A stretch of DNA of 64,000 bases from Candidatus Eiseniibacteriota bacterium. GTDB taxonomy: Bacteria; Eisenbacteria; RBG-16-71-46. The stretch covers positions 138,320 to 202,319 of the forward strand of contig CAVSAC010000019.1 in assembly GCA_963725865.1 (NCBI GenBank), read 5' to 3'. The notes below the pieces were generated by a model that was not told the origin of the DNA, did not search any database, and saw nothing but the letters and a program-made list of their open reading frames with translations. This document shows positions 29,667 through 40,811 of the stretch, in pieces (position 1 is the stretch's first letter; every line of letters starts with the position of its first letter). Position numbers and translations under genes: made by a program.

Positions 29667-32036
29667 TCAGTCGAGCACGACCAGTCGGCGCATCGCGCGC
29701 GCCGAGCCCACCCGCGCATCGAGGAAGTACATCCCCGGCGCGGCGCGGCCACCGCGCGCATCGTGCAGATCCCAGCGCAGCGTCTGCTCGCCCGCCGGGC
29801 GCGAGCCGTCCGCCAGCACGCGCACGACGCGGCCGCTCAGGTCGAGCACCGCGACCCGCACGCGGGACGCCGCCGGCAGGCGCAGCGCGAAGCTGGCCGC
29901 GCCGCGCGCCGGATTCGGCCGCGGCGCGGACAGCTCGAGCCGTGTGATTCGCGCCGCCGGCGTCGACGCGGGCGGGTCGAACGACAGCACCCAGGTGTCG
30001 CCGATCAGCGCTCCGTAGTTCGCGGGCAGTCCGCCGTACACGATCATGCGGTCCCCGGCCGCGTCCCACAGCGCGGCGTGTCCCAGGCGCGCGTCCAGGA
30101 CATCGCCCCCGGGAGCGAGCAGCGACCAGGTGGTGGTCGCGAGATCGAGCGCCCACAGCTCGTTGGTGCGCGGGAACGGCGCCTCCTCGGTGACGCCCGC
30201 ATAGACCAGCAGTCGATCGCGGCCCGCGTCGATGACGCCGGTCGCGCCATGGCGGTGGATCGGCAGCGTGCCACCCGGCGCGAGCAGGCTCCAGCCGCCG
30301 CCCGTCAGGTCGTACGCCCACAGGTCGTCGAACGTCGGAGTGCCGGGACCGGGCGCCAGCCCGCCGTAGACGAGCAGGCGGTGGCGCGCGTCGTCCAGCA
30401 CCACCGTGGCCTCGGTACGCGCCGCGGGGCCGGACCCGGAGGCGGCGAGCAGCGTCCACGCCGGCGTCGCGCCGGCGAGATCGAGCGACCACAGGTCCGA
30501 GTAGGACGCGCCCGCGTCCGCGCCTCCGAACAGCAGCATGCGGTCGCCGGTGGCGTCGTAGACGGCCTGATGATGCGTGCGCGCGCCCGGCCCACCGCCG
30601 GAGGCCGACAGCGCGCTCCAGGTCGGCGTTCCCGAGAGCGCGAGCGCCTGCAGGTCGCCCAGGACGGGGCCGAACGTCTGGCTGCCGCCGTAGACGATCA
30701 TGCGATCGCGGACCGGATCGTAGATGGCGCTGTGATCCTGGCGCGCGGCCGGCGTGGTCCCGGCGGTGGTCATCGACGCCCACGGCCCGTCAGTGCCGAG
30801 CGGCAGCGCCCAGGTGTCGTTCACGGCCCCGTGATTCGTGTAGCCGCCGAACGTGATCGCGCGGTGCCGCGCGGCGTCGACGACCATCGAGACGTCCGCG
30901 GGCGACGTCGGCCGCGCGTCGTCGGTCGGGATGCGATTCCAGGCCGCGGGTCCCGAGAGCGCCAGCGACCAATTCTCGTCACCCGAGTCGATCCCCGACA
31001 CCAGCACCATCTCCTGGCGCGAGGGATCGTAGATCGCCTGGTGATTGCTGCGCGCCGAGGGCACGGCTCCCGCGGGAGTCAGCTTGGTCCACGCCGGGGT
31101 GCCGGCGAAGGTGAGCTGCCAGAGATCCGCGTTGAGGCCCGCCACGTAACCACCGAAGACCAGCATGCGATCGCCGGCCGGATCGTAGACCGCGCTCGAG
31201 AACATGCGGGTCGCGGGCAGGGTCCCGGTCGGAGCGAGCTGCGTCCATGCGAGCGGTGCGCCCGACAGCGGCAGCGCCCAAACGGCGTTGTAGCGCTTGG
31301 ACGGCGGCGCCGAATAGCCCGCGAACGCCACCAGCCGGTCGCGGCTCGGGTCGTAGACGAGCGTCTCGCCCGCGCGCAACGGCGCGGGACCGGTGGTCGC
31401 CAGCGTGGACCACGTCGGCGTGCCGGCGAGTGTCAGCTCGTAGGTCAGACTGTCGGCGAGCGCGGCGTCGTTGTTGCCACCGTGAATCAGCAGGCGGTCG
31501 CGCACCGGGTCGTAGACGCCCGCGGCCTCGCCGCGGGGCAGCGGCGGCGTACCGGCGGTCGTCAACTGCGTCCAGGTCGGCGTCCCGGCCAACGACAGCG
31601 CCCAGACATCGTTGAGTCGCGGATCATCGGTGAAACCGCCGAACACCAGCACGCGGTCGCGCACCGGGTCGTAGACCACGGTCGCACGGTAGCGCGGGGT
31701 GGGCGGGGTGCCGGCCACCTCGAGCCGCGTCCACGTGGCCGCACCGGCGCGGTCGAGCACCCAGACGTCGTTGCGCGGTCCCTCGAGGTCGCCGCCGAAC
31801 AGGATCACCCGATCGCGGACCGGATCGTAGATGGCGCCGTGATCGGAGCGGCGGAGCGGCTTGAGGTAACTCCAGGTGCCGTCGGTGGACTGGATGCTCG
31901 CCGGGGCGGCCGGCGCGGATCCGCCGCCGCGCGCGAGCACGAACGACGGATCGACCAGCAGGCCGACCGTCATGGCCAGCGTGGCGAGGAACGGTGGGAT
32001 CGATCGCGGCCAGCGTGGGATCGCGGAGCCAGTCAT
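29667..32036 (-). CDS. Secreted Kelch-repeat protein (probably two beta-propellers) with FlgD-Ig/T9SS-like C-terminal domain
   Basis: About 12-13 repeats of R..H.A.YDP.RDR..(F/Y)GG....DLW.L; C-terminus PNPARG...VLDLSGRVVRVL...WDLHD..G..PGMYFL; GGAGG RBS. Confidence 0.92.
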   Translation of the reverse strand: MTGSAIPRWPRSIPPFLATLAMTVGLLVDPSFVLARGGGSAPAAPASIQSTDGTWSYLKPLRRSDHGAIYDPVRDRVILFGGDLEGPRNDVWVLDRAGAATWTRLEVAGTPPTPRYRATVVYDPVRDRVLVFGGFTDDPRLNDVWALSLAGTPTWTQLTTAGTPPLPRGEAAGVYDPVRDRLLIHGGNNDAALADSLTYELTLAGTPTWSTLATTGPAPLRAGETLVYDPSRDRLVAFAGYSAPPSKRYNAVWALPLSGAPLAWTQLAPTGTLPATRMFSSAVYDPAGDRMLVFGGYVAGLNADLWQLTFAGTPAWTKLTPAGAVPSARSNHQAIYDPSRQEMVLVSGIDSGDENWSLALSGPAAWNRIPTDDARPTSPADVSMVVDAARHRAITFGGYTNHGAVNDTWALPLGTDGPWASMTTAGTTPAARQDHSAIYDPVRDRMIVYGGSQTFGPVLGDLQALALSGTPTWSALSASGGGPGARTHHQAVYDATGDRMLLFGGADAGASYSDLWSLDLAGATPAWTLLAASGSGPAARTEATVVLDDARHRLLVYGGLAPGPGTPTFDDLWAYDLTGGGWSLLAPGGTLPIHRHGATGVIDAGRDRLLVYAGVTEEAPFPRTNELWALDLATTTWSLLAPGGDVLDARLGHAALWDAAGDRMIVYGGLPANYGALIGDTWVLSFDPPASTPAARITRLELSAPRPNPARGAASFALRLPAASRVRVAVLDLSGRVVRVLADGSRPAGEQTLRWDLHDARGGRAAPGMYFLDARVGSARAMRRLVVLD

Positions 32037-32350
32037 GCGCACCTCCAGGGACCAGAGCGGCACACGGACGTGGCGTGGGGGCGCCCGGACGGATGCGGGG
32101 CGAGCACGACGGGCAGCGACCCGGCGGCGCGCCGGTGACGATCAGCGGCATCCCGCGCGTGGCTCGCGGCCCGGGCGGACACGCGGCGGCAGGAAACCGG
32201 CCTGCGTCGATGAAACCACCCGTGCGCTCGCCGGAGAAGTCAATTTGTCCCGCCCAGCCGGTGGATCGAACACCCACGGCAGCCCCGGAACGTGCGCCCG
32301 TGACACGCCGAGCGCGGACGACGGCCGGGGAGCATCGTGCCCCCGCGAAC

Positions 32351-33391
32351 TCAGCGCCCGGCGGGCGAATCCACTTGCCGCACCTGCTGTCCGCGGACGA
32401 GCTCGACGTTCGTGCGCCGCTTGCCGTCGACCATCACCTCGGCCAGGGCCGCCGGGAGCCCCGCGGCCTGGAATGGCTCCGGCCCGTCCTGCAGGTGGAA
32501 GTGCAGGTGAGGCTCGCTGGTATTGCCCGAGTTCCCGCACAGCCCCAGCGTGTCGCCGGCCGCGACCGAGTCGCCCACGACGAATCGCAGGCTGCCGGGC
32601 TGCAGGTGCGCGAGCACCGCGAACTCCCCGCGGCCGAGGTCGAGGACGAACGCGTTGCCCATCGGGTGCGCGGGGTCCAGCTCGCCCGGCGACTGATCGG
32701 GGCGGCCGTCCTCGGCCCACACCACCCGGCCGGCCGCCGGCGCGACGATCGGCTGGCCGTAGCAGTAGTAGTCCTCGACCCGCGCGCCCTCGCCCCGATG
32801 GGTCGAGCCGTTCCGCACGATCACGAGGTCGTAGGCGAAGCGCTGGTCCCGCGCGACCACGTGCTGGTTCTGTTCGACGGTGCGACCGCCCCAGAACACC
32901 GTCCACTCGCCGTGCGCCGGCAGGCTCAATCGGGTGCGGGTCCGATATTCGAGGTACCGGCTCTCCGCCGCCCGCGGCGGTTCCGCGGGATCGGGCTTGA
33001 CCCAGAAGCCGGCGATGCGCCCGCGCTCGTCGAACGCGAACTGCAGCAGCAGTGGCGTGCCGACGCGCGCGAACCGGCAGCGCGCGTTGTAGACCAGCAG
33101 GGCGTCGTGGCGCTCGACGCCATCGGTGAGGCAGGAATCGAGCGGGCCGGTCTGCCCGGCGATCGAGCGCAGCGTGGCGCCGAGGTGGACCGAGTCCTGG
33201 AGCGCCACGCGCATCGCGGGAGCGAACTCCACCCAGAGCGGCGCCGGGTCCGCCGCGCGCACCGCCGCCTGCAGCGCGCGGCCCTTCGCGAGCGCCTCCG
33301 CGTCGCCAAACGCGGGCGGGCGGGCGTCCGCGCCGAACGCGGGCATCGACGACAGCCCGAGCAGGATCGGGACGATGAGGACGATTCGCAT
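32351..33391 (-). CDS. Secreted M23-family peptidase
   Basis: Signal peptide; QRFAYDL, GQPIVAPAAGRVV, LAHLQPGS, CGNSGNTSEPHLHFHLQD. Confidence 0.9.
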   Translation of the reverse strand: MRIVLIVPILLGLSSMPAFGADARPPAFGDAEALAKGRALQAAVRAADPAPLWVEFAPAMRVALQDSVHLGATLRSIAGQTGPLDSCLTDGVERHDALLVYNARCRFARVGTPLLLQFAFDERGRIAGFWVKPDPAEPPRAAESRYLEYRTRTRLSLPAHGEWTVFWGGRTVEQNQHVVARDQRFAYDLVIVRNGSTHRGEGARVEDYYCYGQPIVAPAAGRVVWAEDGRPDQSPGELDPAHPMGNAFVLDLGRGEFAVLAHLQPGSLRFVVGDSVAAGDTLGLCGNSGNTSEPHLHFHLQDGPEPFQAAGLPAALAEVMVDGKRRTNVELVRGQQVRQVDSPAGR

Positions 33392-33413
33392 CGACGACCT
33401 CCGTGTCGTGAAC

Positions 33414-34748
33414 TCAGCCGCGCGCGCGCGCGGCCGCAACCTCTGCGAGCACCGCCCTTGCGATCGCCGTCGCGGCGTCGGGACGGGCGAGTGCGACCGC
33501 CCCCTCGTGCAGGCGCCGGCGCTCCTCGTCATCGACGAGCAGGCGGCCCACCTCGTGCTCCACCGCCGCGACGGTGGGGGCGTGCAACGCGGCGCCCGCC
33601 TTCTCGAGCACCGTCGCGTTGCGCACCTCCTGCCCCGGCGTCGGCCGGAAGATCACCATCGGCACGCCTTTTACGAGCGCCTCCGCGCACGTGAGCCCGC
33701 CGGCCTTGCTCACCAGCACGTCGCAGGCCTCGAGCAGCACGTCCACCTCGTGGGTGAACCCGAGCGCACGGATGTCGCCGGCGGCGGCGGCCGGGAGCGC
33801 CTGGATCTGGACGCGCAGCGCCTCGTTGGTGCCGCACACCACCACCACCTGCGGACGCGTCGGCAGCGCAGCGAGTCGCTGCGCCAGCTCCGCGAGCGGA
33901 CCTACGCCGCTGCCCCCGCCCATCACGAGCACCAGCGCGCGATCCGAGTCGAGCCCGAGGCGCTCGCGCGCCTGGGCGCGCGGGATGCGCTGCGCGAAGC
34001 GGGGCTCCACCGGGATGCCGGTGACGTCGATGCGCGCGGACGGCACTCCGTAACCGGCGAGGTCCTCGGCGGCCCGCTCGCCGGCCACGAACCAGCGGTC
34101 CACGTTCGGGATCGCCCAGAACGGATGCGCGGCGAAGTCCGTGATGACGCAGTTGAGGGGCACCCCGAGCGCCCCGCGCGCGCGCATCGGACCCAGCGCC
34201 TCGACCGGCAGGAAGTGGGTGCAGACCACCGCGTCGGGCTGCTCGCGCTCGACCACGCGCGCGAGCCGGCGCAGGTTGAGGCGGTCCATCAGGCGCGCGC
34301 CGGGCGCCACGCGGCGCATGGGCGCGCTCTCCCACGAGCGGTAGAGCAGGCCCCACAGCTGCGGCGCGCGTGCGGCCAGCAGGTCGTAGCCCTGCGCGTA
34401 GGCGGTGCGGTAGAAGCCGGAGGCGAACACCAGGGTGTCCACCTCGCGCACGGAGGCGGTCGGGTCCAGCCGCTGGATCGCCTCGGCGATCGCCTGCGCG
34501 GCGCGCCGGTGGCCGCTGCCGGCGGTGGCGTGGAGGATCGCGATCCGCGGCCCGCGCGCGGTACCGCCGGCCGCCAGCGTGCCGACCGCGACCATGCCGT
34601 GCGCCGACTCGGGGAACAGCACCTCGCCCGGTGCGATCGCGCGCCAGCGGCGGCGCCACCACAGCCGCTGCAGGCGCACGCGGGCGCTCCACCGGCGAGT
34701 CAGACCGCGCGGCAGGCGCAGCCGGCCGATACTGGGTACGCGGACCAT
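33414..34748 (-). CDS. MGDG synthase / UgtP-like diacylglycerol glycosyltransferase (GT28)
   Basis: GSGHRRAA, VCTHFLP, VITDF..HPFW, TGIPV, MGGGSG, SKAGGLT, PGQEVRN; AAGGAGG RBS. Confidence 0.9.
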   Translation of the reverse strand: MVRVPSIGRLRLPRGLTRRWSARVRLQRLWWRRRWRAIAPGEVLFPESAHGMVAVGTLAAGGTARGPRIAILHATAGSGHRRAAQAIAEAIQRLDPTASVREVDTLVFASGFYRTAYAQGYDLLAARAPQLWGLLYRSWESAPMRRVAPGARLMDRLNLRRLARVVEREQPDAVVCTHFLPVEALGPMRARGALGVPLNCVITDFAAHPFWAIPNVDRWFVAGERAAEDLAGYGVPSARIDVTGIPVEPRFAQRIPRAQARERLGLDSDRALVLVMGGGSGVGPLAELAQRLAALPTRPQVVVVCGTNEALRVQIQALPAAAAGDIRALGFTHEVDVLLEACDVLVSKAGGLTCAEALVKGVPMVIFRPTPGQEVRNATVLEKAGAALHAPTVAAVEHEVGRLLVDDEERRRLHEGAVALARPDAATAIARAVLAEVAAARARG

Positions 34749-34756
34749 GTCCTCCT

Positions 34757-35107
34757 TCACGTCTGCACGGCGTTGCGGTAGTGACGCAGCCGCAGGCCGT
34801 CGTCCGTGAGCTCCATCGCGACCACGTCGATGCGCACCCATCGCACGCCGCGCGCCTCGAGCGCGAGCCCGGCGCGGCGCAGCCGGTCACGCTTGCCGTG
34901 GTCCACCGCCAGAGCGGCGCCGCCGTAGTCGGCGCGGCCACGGTACTTGACCTCCACCAGCACGCGCGTGCTGCCCTCGAGCGCCACCAGATCGACCTCC
35001 ACCCCTCCGATGCGCACGTTGCGTTCGATCTCGCTCCAGCCGATCAACTCCAGGTACGTGGCGGCGAGCGTCTCACCCGCCTGGCCGCGCGAACGGGCCG
35101 TTCCCAT
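34757..35107 (-). CDS. yraN: YraN family (UPF0102) putative nuclease
   Basis: GQAGETLAATYL, ERNVR...EVDLVA, VLVEVKYR, RIDVVA; downstream of rnhB. Confidence 0.9.
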   Translation of the reverse strand: MGTARSRGQAGETLAATYLELIGWSEIERNVRIGGVEVDLVALEGSTRVLVEVKYRGRADYGGAALAVDHGKRDRLRRAGLALEARGVRWVRIDVVAMELTDDGLRLRHYRNAVQT

Positions 35108-35265
35108 CTTCCCTCCCGCGGGGGCGGGCCCTGGGGGCCGGAGGCGGCCGCAGTCTACCCGATGCGCACGCGCGTTGCGCGGATGCCTCGCGGTTCGCCC
35201 GCCGGGTTGCATCCCGCGCGCCCGGTGGTCGCGGGCCGGTTCTCGTGCACCACGAACCGCCCGAC

Positions 35266-35895
35266 TCACCCGAGCGGCAGCTCGAGCGTGCTCACGGGCG
35301 AGAACGAGTAGCGGTGCAGCGCGCAGGGGCCGTGGCGCTGGATCGCCGCGAGGTGCTCGGCGGTGCCGTAGCCCTTGTGGCGCGCGAAGCCGTACGCGGG
35401 GTAGACGCGGTCGAGGCGCTCCATGATGCGGTCGCGGACCACCTTCGCGAGGATCGAGGCCGCCGCGATCGAGAGCATGCGCGCGTCGCCGCCGATCACG
35501 GTCTGCTGCTCGCACGTGAGCCCCGGCACCTCGCTGTCGCCGTCCACCAGCACCAGCGCGGGCGGCACGCGCAGGCGCGCGACCGCGCGGCGCATCGCCT
35601 CGAGCGAGGCGCGACGGATGTTGAGCCGGTCGATGGCGCGCGGGCCCACCACCGCCCATGCGAACGCCCGGGCCTCGATCAGGACCCGGGCGTAGAGGAC
35701 TTCGCGCCGCTCGGCACTCAGCTTCTTGCTGTCATCGAGACCTTCGCACCATTCGCCGGGCGCGAGCACCACCGCGGCGGCGACCACCGGTCCCGCGAGC
35801 GGCCCGCGGCCGGCTTCGTCCACCCCCGCCACCGTCGCGCCGTCCCCTGCGAGCAGGGCTTCGGCACGCGCGAGCCGGCGCCAGGGCGCGAGCAT
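35266..35895 (-). CDS. rnhB: Ribonuclease HII (in frame with upstream rplS as assembled)
   Basis: AGVDEAGRGPLAGPVVAAAV, LDDSKKL, VDGD, SIAAASILAKVVRD, HKGYGT, HRYSF. Confidence 0.95.
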   Translation of the reverse strand: MLAPWRRLARAEALLAGDGATVAGVDEAGRGPLAGPVVAAAVVLAPGEWCEGLDDSKKLSAERREVLYARVLIEARAFAWAVVGPRAIDRLNIRRASLEAMRRAVARLRVPPALVLVDGDSEVPGLTCEQQTVIGGDARMLSIAAASILAKVVRDRIMERLDRVYPAYGFARHKGYGTAEHLAAIQRHGPCALHRYSFSPVSTLELPLG

Positions 35896-36258
35896 CACTT
35901 CGTGAGCGGTCTCGACTCCGCGCTTCTCGGTCAGGCGCGCGGCCTTGCCGGTCTTCTTGCGCAGGTAGAACAGCTTCGCGCGGCGGACCTTCGACTGCTT
36001 CACCAGCTTGATCTCGGAGACCGTCGGGCTGTGGAGCGGGAACGTGCGCTCGACCCCGATGCCCTCGGAGATCTTCCGCACGGTGAAGGTCTTGCGCAGA
36101 CCGGCACCGCGCACGTTGATGACGTCGCCGCGGAACTTCTGCTGGCGCGACTTGTCGCCTTCGACCACCAGCACCGAGACCTCGACGTGGTCGCCGGGCC
36201 GCAGGTCGGGGCGGTCGCTCTTGGCGTGAGCGGCTTCGAGCTTCTCGATCAGGCCCAT
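35896..36258 (-). CDS. rplS: 50S ribosomal protein L19 (no in-frame stop before rnhB as assembled)
   Basis: LRPGDHVEV..VVEGDKSRQQKF.G, TFTVRKISEGIGVERTFPLHSP, KVRRAKLFYLR; AAAGGAG RBS. Confidence 0.95.
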
Positions 36259-36317
36259 CTCCGGGCTCCTTTCCAGTGGATCGTGCCCGGGACCTCCCAG
36301 GGCGATAGCGGCGCGGG

Positions 36318-36346
36318 AGTATAGGGGAACCGCCCGGCGGCGCCAA
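36318..36346 (-). promoter_or_regulatory. Putative sigma70 promoter of rplS
   Basis: TTGGCG-N17-TATACT about 60 nt upstream of rplS. Confidence 0.7.
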
Positions 36347-36412
36347 GTCGGGGCGAGCACGGCGGCTGGAGCGGCGATGACCGAGAGCGACCCCAGTGCG
36401 CGGCGGCGGCCC

Positions 36413-37117
36413 CTACCGATACAGCGACTTGATCTGCCCCCAGCTGCTCCGGTTCGCGGGCTGCGTCCCGAGCGCGCCGGCGGGCCCGAGCCGCGATGGG
36501 GCGCCGCTCTGCACCGTGAAGTCCTCCCAGCGCTGGATGTACCAGCGTGTCGAGTCGGGCGCCAGCCCCGGGACCGGCGGCAGGCTCGCGGCGTCGCCGC
36601 GGATCAGGAAGAACCGCGCATCGCCTTGGGTCTCGAGCTGGCTCGACGAGCGGCGGATGACCAACACGACACCGACGTCGACTTGGCGGTGGAACCGATC
36701 GCGCATCCCCGGACGCGTGTCGGCAAAGTCCGCCAACGCGTTGGTGTAGTCGAGCGAGATGCTGGCCGCGGGCTCCTCGGTCGAGTTGCCCTCCACGAAC
36801 AGGTGCCGCGCCGAGAGCAACTCATCCGCTCGACTCCATGGCGAGCCGCGGTACGGGTTCCCCGCGGCGTCGAGCGGCGAGAACGCGAACACGAAGTCGT
36901 CGGTGAACAGCGTCGGATAGTCGTCCATCGAGCGATTGCGATAGCTGGCCTGGAGCACCTTCACGGCGTTCACGGGCGAGTTGGCGACCAGCGGGGTAAC
37001 GACCGGCTGCACGACCTTGGGGAACGGACTCTCGGTCGAGCAACCCGCGAGGCCGAGCGGAGCGTTGGCGAGGACGAGGAGCGCGGCGAGTGCCCGGATG
37101 CGGCCGGTGCGATGCAT
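36413..37117 (-). CDS. Lipoprotein with C-terminal SSWGQIKSLYR motif
   Basis: LAGC lipobox; Y..LFTDDFVF (NTF2-like start); WYIQRWED; terminal WGQIKSLYR. Confidence 0.8.
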   Translation of the reverse strand: MHRTGRIRALAALLVLANAPLGLAGCSTESPFPKVVQPVVTPLVANSPVNAVKVLQASYRNRSMDDYPTLFTDDFVFAFSPLDAAGNPYRGSPWSRADELLSARHLFVEGNSTEEPAASISLDYTNALADFADTRPGMRDRFHRQVDVGVVLVIRRSSSQLETQGDARFFLIRGDAASLPPVPGLAPDSTRWYIQRWEDFTVQSGAPSRLGPAGALGTQPANRSSWGQIKSLYR

Positions 37118-37235
37118 TCGGATCTCCCTCGGGGGGCGCCCGAAGGATAGCACGGCGACGCCGCGCAGCTACAGTCGCGCGCTCCGCCGTCGCACGCCGC
37201 GTCGTGCCCCCACCCCACCGCGACCGCCCCCGTCG

Positions 37236-37264
37236 TTGGCCTCGCCCGCCGCTTCGGCTACCCT
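37236..37264 (+). promoter_or_regulatory. Putative sigma70 promoter of the wcaJ-like gene (near-leaderless)
   Basis: TTGGCC-N17-TACCCT ending 8 nt before ATG 37273. Confidence 0.5.
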
Positions 37265-37272
37265 CGCGCCGA

Positions 37273-38670
37273 ATGTTCGCCCGCAGCCGGCAGATCCTCG
37301 CCACCAGCTTCTTCCTGCTCGATGCCGTGCTCCTGTACGGCTCGTGGCTGGGCGCGTACTGGTTGCGCTTCCACGGGCTCGGCATGCCGGCGCCGCTCGG
37401 CATCCCGCCGCTGTCGCTCTACCTGTGGAGTGGCGCGGTGCTCACCCCGATCGCGCTGCTGATCCTGCGCACGCTGCGGGTGTACCGCTCCGCGCGCACC
37501 GCGCGGCTCTCGCTCGAGATCTACCACGTCGCGGTCGCCATGCTGGTCACGGCGGCGCTGGCCGGCGTCGGCTCGTTCTACGCGCGCGGCGAGCTGAGCC
37601 GCTCGATGGTGCTGATCTTCCTGGTGCTCGGCACCACCGTGATGAGCGCCAGCCGGCTCGCGCTGCGGCTGGTGCTGCGCGCGCTCCGGCGCATGGGCCG
37701 CAACCTGCGGCACGTGCTGATCGTCGGCACCGGCGAGCTGGCTCAGATCCTGATCGAGAAGATCCACGCCCACGACGACTTCGGCCTGCGCATCGAGGGG
37801 CTGGTGGCGGCGCGCGCCGACGAGGTCGGCACTACCGTCGGCGGCCATGAGGTCGTGGGCGTGGTGAGCGACCTGCAGCGGCTGGTGGAGCGCTGCGGCG
37901 CCGAGATCGTCTACCTCGCGCTGGCCCGCGCGGAGCACGAGGCCGAACTCGAGGCGCTCACGCGGCTGTCGGACTCCACCGCGGCGGTGCGGCTGGTGCC
38001 GGACCTGTCGACCGCGTTCCGCCTGAACGCCAGCGTCGAGGACTTCGACGGCATGCCGGTGGTGCTGGTGACCGAGACGCCGGAGCAGGGCTGGAACGCG
38101 CTCCTCAAGCGGGTGTTCGACCTGGTGGTCTCGGGGCTCGCGCTGATCGTGCTCGCGCCGGTGCTGCTGGTGCTCGCGATCCTCGTCCGGCTCGACTCGC
38201 CGGGCCCCATCCTGTACGCGCAGGAGCGCGTCGGCATGAGCGGGCGCCGCTTCCGGATGCTCAAGTTCCGCAGCATGCGCGTCGACGCCGAGGCGCACGG
38301 CCCGGGCTGGTCGGTGAAGGACGATCCGCGCCGCACGCGGCTGGGCGAGACGCTGCGGCGCTACTCCCTCGACGAGCTGCCGCAGCTGTGGAACGTGTTC
38401 GTGGGCCAGATGAGCCTGGTGGGCCCGCGCCCCGAGCAACCGATGTACGTCGAGCGCTTCCGCGCCGCGATCCCCCGCTACATGCTGCGCCACCACATGA
38501 AGGCGGGCATGACCGGCTGGGCGCAGGTGCACGGGCTGCGGGGCGACACGCCGCTCGAGCAGCGCATCGAGTACGACCTGCACTACATCAAGAACTGGTC
38601 GCTGGGGCTCGACCTGAAGATCATCGCGCTCACCGCGGTGCGCGTGTTCCGCGACGCCAGCGCGCACTGA
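37273..38670 (+). CDS. Undecaprenyl-phosphate glucose phosphotransferase (WcaJ-like initiating transferase)
   Basis: N-terminal TMs, VLIVGTG, LKRVFDL, KFRSM, SLDELPQLWNV, MSLVGPRPE, GMTGWAQVHG, DLHYIKNWS. Confidence 0.94.
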   Translation: MFARSRQILATSFFLLDAVLLYGSWLGAYWLRFHGLGMPAPLGIPPLSLYLWSGAVLTPIALLILRTLRVYRSARTARLSLEIYHVAVAMLVTAALAGVGSFYARGELSRSMVLIFLVLGTTVMSASRLALRLVLRALRRMGRNLRHVLIVGTGELAQILIEKIHAHDDFGLRIEGLVAARADEVGTTVGGHEVVGVVSDLQRLVERCGAEIVYLALARAEHEAELEALTRLSDSTAAVRLVPDLSTAFRLNASVEDFDGMPVVLVTETPEQGWNALLKRVFDLVVSGLALIVLAPVLLVLAILVRLDSPGPILYAQERVGMSGRRFRMLKFRSMRVDAEAHGPGWSVKDDPRRTRLGETLRRYSLDELPQLWNVFVGQMSLVGPRPEQPMYVERFRAAIPRYMLRHHMKAGMTGWAQVHGLRGDTPLEQRIEYDLHYIKNWSLGLDLKIIALTAVRVFRDASAH

Positions 38671-38735
38671 GTCGCGCGGGAGCGCGGCTCAGGCGGGGGC
38701 GCGGGCCGCGCGACGTCGCGCCCGGCACCGCGCGA

Positions 38736-40735
<2,000 letters not shown>

Positions 40736-40811
40736 CTAGGGCAGACGCACCACGAGGGTCAAACCCCGGGCGGACGGCGGCCGTCGCGCGGATCTTGTAG
40801 GCTGTGCCGCC

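Noticed and set aside
28080..31840. Recurring DNA words (e.g. gctgcgatgatcctgccacgc, cgcaccgggtcgtagac) that could suggest a CRISPR or repeat array
   Set aside because: They are codon-level echoes of protein repeats inside ORFs, with no constant repeat-spacer structure.
27180..32138. 1652-aa plus-strand ORF and many other long Arg/Ala/Pro-rich ORFs (e.g. 16014-19280 +, 9410-12145 +, 44096-47257 -)
   Set aside because: Antisense or off-frame shadows of well-supported genes, expected in very GC-rich DNA; no recognisable motifs.
32037..32350. Possible ncRNA in the longer intergenic gaps (also 54200-54539 and 63804-64000)
   Set aside because: Only generic GC-rich pairing potential; no tRNA or known RNA-family signature recognisable by eye.
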